The notes beneath the pieces were generated by a model, which did no database searches, was not told the origin of the DNA, and saw nothing but the letters and a program-made list of their open reading frames with translations. From an uncultured bacterium (GTDB lineage Bacteria; Babelota; Babeliae; Babelales; Babelaceae): a DNA stretch of 64,000 nt. Below are positions 59,801 to 64,000 of the stretch, piece after piece. Made by a program: the position numbers and the translations under genes. The stretch is taken from contig OY970209.1 in assembly GCA_963713855.1 (NCBI GenBank), positions 864,001 to 928,000 of the forward strand. The letters run 5' to 3'. The first letter of the stretch is position 1. The number at the start of each line of letters is the position of its first letter.

Positions 59801-59878
59801 AGTAACCACAAAAGTGGCAGAATTCAAAATTGAGGGCATAAGGCACAGAAACAGAGCGATAGCAAAAAACTTCTTCAT
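56813..59878 (-). CDS. Secreted adhesin-like protein: right-handed beta-helix plus Ig-like repeats (paralog A)
   Basis: Signal; TFVVTNTLD..SLR..INAAN; IQNNLIG/NVISGN repeats; GGTGPYT/VTVTD Ig-like repeats with paired Cys. Confidence 0.8.
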   Translation of the reverse strand: MKKFFAIALFLCLMPSILNSATFVVTNTLDAASPPANSLRFQINAANTAGGGTITFDIPGTGVRTITPVSTLPSLTSSLVIDGTTQPGYSGTPLIQISGTFASFLITGGGSTITGLAINGGASVAVEIQSSNNIIENCFMGTDPTGTVQVLSNGGVGIVFGSGNTIQNNIISGSLANPGITLLPVNQAISNTLVQNNLIGTDITGSLAFPNAEGIQFTFGLTPISQTTIINNLISGNTGAAINVQAGLTLSDTLIQNNLIGVNKSDTNVLPNGIGISIGVDTSGSLTNLSIQDNVISGNTAQGIVLNASGAGPTGVFIQRNHIGTDRTNTLGLGNLSDGIQLNASPAAATNVRIGVLGPNFIAFNGGNGVTVNGATLNSILANPDFDNTGSGIVLTNNGNDNQATPSITSTLQCLSDNNLYLMLSAPTTPAASTFRLEVFDNEFNRNPITEGQTPIGAANGVASGATQNLKIPGSFLGTFISATATNMNGAGGTIGDTSEFSDNFAVSSSEDLMISISPSPQTLCPAQPKTLTTTISNGIGSTFNLLWTPDGVMESGGSPLTRSVSVLGDYTVTVTDGMTFCTGMASVSVVPEITVTLAPLTQSVCMGMKADLMATVSGGMPPYTAILNDGTPSSGNSPLTFIVTPTMSPQNYQVNSLSDSASPACSIFFPSNPVTVNTITLASTISANPTTICPPNTTSTVTVTVTGGTGPYTVMLSNGQTQTSPSPIAFTVTPPVGGMTYSVSSVTDTITGCVLTNPPGSVIIAPDQLSVILSANHSLICDGQSVTLSAAVTGNGPFTVVFTENMTPVGTVTSSTSPVTLTVTPNFTANYRATVTDASGCTLTSTPITVTVSHVGPIELVTNKNTIIVGQSATLTAFFEGTRTLFWSDGTVNENVTSPFKHKVRPKVTTTFTVTDENADGCKSTSNPVTITVKPIAVHLDPVKKCPCPDECVTIFGTIKAGTPPFRLSWSDGKTFKIHSRKIRREFCARKTTSLTVTVTDGHHDSATSNKIKVKRCKAR
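56818..57337. repeat. Near-identical 520-bp 3' segment shared with 59970-60489
   Basis: Offset 3152 bp; four mismatches counted over 56922-57337. Confidence 0.95.
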
Positions 59879-59961
59879 ATACTTCCTATTTCAAAACAGT
59901 TTAGATAGGGCTTAGAGCGTGTTTACAAAAAAATTTAAACACGAGCAACTCGTGTGAGTTA

Positions 59962-62601
59962 TCACGTTTTTGCTTTGCAACGCTTTACCTTGATTTTGTT
60001 TGAGGTTGCTGAGTTATGGTGGCTATCAGTTACTGTGACAGTAAGTGAAGTAGTTTTTGCCGTGCAAAATTGCCGCCTAATTTTTCTTGAGTGAATTTTG
60101 AAGGTTTTTCCATCAGACCAAGAAAGTCTAAAAGGTGGAGTTCCTGCTTTGATGGTTCCAAAGATCGTCACACACTCATCAGGGCAAGGACACTTTTTAA
60201 CGGGGTCAAGGTGCACGGCGATAGGCTTTACGGTGATAGTGACTGGGTTAGAAGTAGATTTACAACCGTCGGCATTTTCGTCAGTAACTGTAAAAGTGGT
60301 AGTTACTTTAGGTCTTACCTTGTGCTTGAAAGGAGATGTGACGTTTTCATTAACTGTTCCATCAGACCAAAAGAGAGTTCTTGTACCTTCAAAAAAAGCT
60401 GTCAGCGTGGCAGATTGACCAACAATAATAGTATTTTTATTGGTGACCAGCTCAATAGGTCCAACATGGGAGACGGTGACGGTGATAGGATCGGATGTAA
60501 TTGTACATCCAGATGCATCAGTCAGTATTGCAAGATAATTTGCTGTAAAATCTGGAGTTACTGTTAACGTTATTGGCGAAGTAGCGCTTGTGACTGTTCC
60601 TATGGTTGTCAGATCTTGCTTAAATACCACCGTAAAGGGAGCATCTCCTGTAACAGCAGCACTCAACGTTACTGATTGACCAGCGCAAATAAGCGGGTGA
60701 TTGGCAGAAAGCGTTATACTTGGTGTGTCAACCGTTACAGTCACTTGATTTGACGGTGTAAATATTGAACAGGTGGGACTGGATGAATCAACCAACGAAG
60801 TAACTTGAAAGTTAGCGCTTGTAGTTGGTGTGACCATAAATGTTAATGGAGAATTACCAGTAGCAACCGTACCATCGTTTAGGGTAGCTGTATAAGGAGG
60901 TGTTCCTCCGTTGACAGTGGCAATTAGTGTTGCTGGCTTGCCTGTACAAATAGTTTGAGTGAGGGGAGCAAGTGTAACGGTTATTTCAGGGACAACCTGG
61001 ACTGTGGAACTACCAGTACAATGTGTCGTTAAATCCTCTGCAGTTGCGGTATACGTTCCGGGAACTGATACTGACCGTGTAGACGTAGATCCAACAGGAT
61101 TCTGGGTCAGATCTGGCCACGTCAATTTAAACGTTGTGCCAATACCGCCTGAAATAGTCGTCGTGAGTATCTTTGGTTGTCCCGGACACAAGGTTTCGGG
61201 AGATGGTGTGATGGATACTATGAGATCCTCAGATGAAACCTTGAAGTTTGGACTAAATGTGGAGGTGTCGCCAAGAGTTCCGCCTGCACCATTCGTATTT
61301 GTTGCCGTTCCACTTACAAATGTACCGAGAAATGATCCTGGAATGACAAGTTCTGTCGAAGATCCTGAACTTATACCATTTGTGGCTGCGATAAAGAATT
61401 GTCCTTCAGTGATTGGGGTTCTATCGGCCAAATTATCAAATACCTCAAGCCTGAATGTGCTCGCGACAGGTACTGCCGGAGCTGTGATATCTAAAAAGAG
61501 GTTATTATCACTTATACACTGAAGGGCAGAGGTTATAGTAGGAAACCCTTGACCATGATTGCCACCGTTCTGAAAGGTGATACCATTTGATCCATTGTCA
61601 AAATCAGGATTTGTCAAAATGGAATTAAGTTCAGCGCCGTTTACGGTAACTCCGCTTCCACCATTAAATGCTATGAAATTCGCTTGCCCTGAACTTGTTC
61701 CTCCGATCAACATATTAGTTGCTTGACCGGAAGGCGTGGCATTTACCTGTATCCCGTCAGAGCCATTTCCTAAAACTAAAGTATTAGTGGCATCACTTCC
61801 AATATGGTTTCCTTGTATCACAATGCCAGTTGGTGACGTGTTCGTAACAGTGAACAGAATGCCTTGAGTAGTATTAGCTGAAATAACGTTGTTGAGAATC
61901 GACAAATTCGACACAATGCTGGTAGTGGATATTACAACAGCAATGCCAACATTATTAGGTATCGCCGCGTTGTCTGCAGCATTTACCCCAATGAGATTGT
62001 TTTGTATTACGGTGTTGGTTATTGGTGAGAGGAATAAATCATTAATCCCTATAGCGTCGGTTGTAGCTCCTGAAAGTAGATTATTTTCTATTATAGCGCC
62101 GCTTCCGCCTGCGATCAAAATGCAACTGTTTACAGGTGAAGCTGCTGTACCAGTCGCATTTGTACCAATAAAACAGTTTTTTATCGTATTATTACTACCT
62201 AAGCCGACGATTGTTATACCAGGAGATGAAGGAATATTGTTGAAAGTTAGTGCATTAATGGTATTGCCAGACCCATCCATAGTTATTGCCGCATTGGCAC
62301 CTGTTACTTCAATAAGCGGCATTCCCGCATAACCGGGCTGTGAAGTACCATCAATAATAACGTTATCTTGCAAACCTTCAAAGGGATCTAATTGAGGCGT
62401 AATTGTTTGAACACCGGTTCCTGGGATATTAAATTTGATTGTTCCGCCTGCTACGTTTGCTGATGTTATAGCTGATCGCAGAGATCCTGCTATGGGAACG
62501 AAAGGTCCTGAATCAAGTGTATTAGTAACTACAAAAGTTTGAGGCGTTACAAAAGATGGAACCATACTTATTGATAAAACCAGACCTAAAAGCTTTTTCA
62601 T
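59962..62601 (-). CDS. Secreted adhesin-like protein (paralog B, shorter)
   Basis: Same architecture with one fewer Ig-like repeat and a shorter beta-helix; GGAG RBS. Confidence 0.8.
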   Translation of the reverse strand: MKKLLGLVLSISMVPSFVTPQTFVVTNTLDSGPFVPIAGSLRSAITSANVAGGTIKFNIPGTGVQTITPQLDPFEGLQDNVIIDGTSQPGYAGMPLIEVTGANAAITMDGSGNTINALTFNNIPSSPGITIVGLGSNNTIKNCFIGTNATGTAASPVNSCILIAGGSGAIIENNLLSGATTDAIGINDLFLSPITNTVIQNNLIGVNAADNAAIPNNVGIAVVISTTSIVSNLSILNNVISANTTQGILFTVTNTSPTGIVIQGNHIGSDATNTLVLGNGSDGIQVNATPSGQATNMLIGGTSSGQANFIAFNGGSGVTVNGAELNSILTNPDFDNGSNGITFQNGGNHGQGFPTITSALQCISDNNLFLDITAPAVPVASTFRLEVFDNLADRTPITEGQFFIAATNGISSGSSTELVIPGSFLGTFVSGTATNTNGAGGTLGDTSTFSPNFKVSSEDLIVSITPSPETLCPGQPKILTTTISGGIGTTFKLTWPDLTQNPVGSTSTRSVSVPGTYTATAEDLTTHCTGSSTVQVVPEITVTLAPLTQTICTGKPATLIATVNGGTPPYTATLNDGTVATGNSPLTFMVTPTTSANFQVTSLVDSSSPTCSIFTPSNQVTVTVDTPSITLSANHPLICAGQSVTLSAAVTGDAPFTVVFKQDLTTIGTVTSATSPITLTVTPDFTANYLAILTDASGCTITSDPITVTVSHVGPIELVTNKNTIIVGQSATLTAFFEGTRTLFWSDGTVNENVTSPFKHKVRPKVTTTFTVTDENADGCKSTSNPVTITVKPIAVHLDPVKKCPCPDECVTIFGTIKAGTPPFRLSWSDGKTFKIHSRKIRRQFCTAKTTSLTVTVTDSHHNSATSNKIKVKRCKAKT
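59970..60489. repeat. Second copy of the 520-bp 3' segment
   Basis: Matches 56818-57337. Confidence 0.95.
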
Positions 62602-62823
62602 CTACTCTCCAATTAAGTAACGCGATAAAGCTGTTAGAAGTTAGCCAAAATATGGGCAGAACGAAAAGATTATTTGGCGAAGCTTTACCTCATTAGGCAA
62701 TTTTCTTAGAATTCAGAAGGTATAAAAGATTCAAGCATGCACCTATCAAGAAGTCAAGATTCTAAGAAAAACTTTTCGCGTGTCACTTTCATGAGAGGGC
62801 TTTGTTCCATGTGATTCCGAAAG

Positions 62824-63003
62824 CTAGTTTTTGGATACACTCTTAGTCTTTTGAATCTGCCCGTACATCGATTTTATGTACTTTTCTTGAGATTTTAAAA
62901 GAGCCTCTTGTTTTATAAGCATCCTTTTAAGATCCCTCAAAACAAAACTCGTTATTGAAAATAATAGAAGAACGGTTGCTCCAAAAATTCTTTCTTGATT
63001 CAT
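62824..63003 (-). CDS. Small single-TM protein
   Basis: AAGGA before ATG 63003; one hydrophobic helix. Confidence 0.5.
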   Translation of the reverse strand: MNQERIFGATVLLLFSITSFVLRDLKRMLIKQEALLKSQEKYIKSMYGQIQKTKSVSKN

Positions 63004-63230
63004 AGTATTCCTTACTAAAGATGCAGGCGGAAAATAGCATACCATAAGTCCCGTTTATCGTGTATTTTCATTTAAGAGGCTTACTTGATACAAAGTCTGT
63101 TTTGGAGAAATTTTTCCGCGATCTTCTATGTTGCGTTGCCATACACAATAAGTATTGATTCTACGAGTAGATTTATGATATATTATTTTGTATATAAGTT
63201 ACTAATATAAATAAATAAAGAGGAAAAAGT

Positions 63231-63518
63231 ATGTATACACTAAAAGCTCTAACGTTACTCTTATTTTTGCTAGGCGCATTACCCATCGCCGCTGACGCTG
63301 CCAACAGGGTGTACAAACATGAGGGTAAAGAAAGAGGCTCTTCCTGGATATCGTATACCAAAGAGATGGACAACAATGACTTTGTTGAATGTAGATCGAG
63401 CCAAACAGAAGGCATTTCTTGCGCAACCTATCACCCAGAAGGGAGTCAAACTCCTGAGGATGTAAGCCTTTATACTGCTTTGCAGAATGAATATGAAAAG
63501 CAATCGAAGGGTCTCTAA
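63231..63518 (+). CDS. Small secreted protein
   Basis: Signal ..IAADA-A; GAGGA RBS; two Cys. Confidence 0.7.
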   Translation: MYTLKALTLLLFLLGALPIAADAANRVYKHEGKERGSSWISYTKEMDNNDFVECRSSQTEGISCATYHPEGSQTPEDVSLYTALQNEYEKQSKGL

Positions 63519-63683
63519 GTTAAAAACTCGTCCCACTTTAAACAAGTTCCGCTTGACTAAAGAACGAAAAAAGTGCGCAAATTTAGCTATTTTCGTTCTT
63601 TTTTTGTGAACTTGTTGACTTTGGCAATAAGCTCTTGTTAAAAAAGGTAAGTCTTTGAATTTTGACTTTGAGCACTACCGTCG

Positions 63684-63746
63684 ACACCTGTACTGGGAAA
63701 TGCTGTAGCACGCCAAAAAAATGCTTCCCAGTACTGCGTGTTTTTT
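63684..63746 (+). other. Long intergenic hairpin followed by a T run (terminator or sRNA)
   Basis: acac..gtactgggaa / ttcccagtac..gtgt, then ttttt. Confidence 0.45.
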
Positions 63747-64000
63747 CCTTTCTATTCGATCTAAATACTGTATACTATCTATATAAGCCTTATACAAAAG
63801 CTAAAAACAGCGACTACTATTATGATATCCTGTCATGTACCAGCAATACTTGGCTTTCTTACAAACTTTAGTTTGTGTACGCTAAGTCTTTCTGTTTTTT
63901 TCTTCCACTGCTTTCTTGTAAGTCAGTTAAGAAAAACCGGCAAGCTTTTATCTTCGTTTACCCTTGTAGGCATATTTTCAAGCACTCTTGTCGTCGCGCG

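Noticed and set aside
56939..62332. Long plus-strand ORFs opposite the adhesins, and similar ones opposite the propeller genes, sbcC, lon and rpsB
   Set aside because: Antisense shadows of codon-biased repeat genes, with no RBS or recognisable domains.
1..64000. CRISPR array, rRNA, IS, integron or prophage
   Set aside because: No regularly spaced short repeats, rRNA motifs, transposase, integrase or phage structural genes were seen.

Overview
Bacterial chromosomal window (AT-rich, standard genetic code). Three tandem NTT/TLC nucleotide translocases, many signal-peptide ankyrin and Sel1/TPR proteins and an 'EGFIAGT' Hint protein point to a protist-associated intracellular bacterium, most like Candidatus Dependentiae/Babelota (TM6); this is inference only. 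Core genes are sbcC, sodA, lysS (fused to a B3/4 domain), recJ, cmk, lon, rpsB with its leader, tRNA-Ser(GGA), SRP RNA, two ABC systems and an EamA transporter. They are interleaved with a large secretome: four paralogous 21-repeat beta-propeller membrane proteins, a 7-repeat paralog, two beta-helix/Ig adhesins, a hevein (CBM18)-like lectin, an M48-like protease with three Sel1/TPR genes, and several gene remnants. The best candidate for a new system is at 37.8-40.3 kb. An unannotated leader peptide ending HRTHHHC has His codons that can base-pair with the RBS of a polar amino-acid ABC importer. The importer's binding protein and ATPase contain no histidine, and even the catalytic H-loop His is replaced by Gln. 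No CRISPR array, rRNA or intact mobile element was seen. All calls come from reading motifs by eye; no searches were run.
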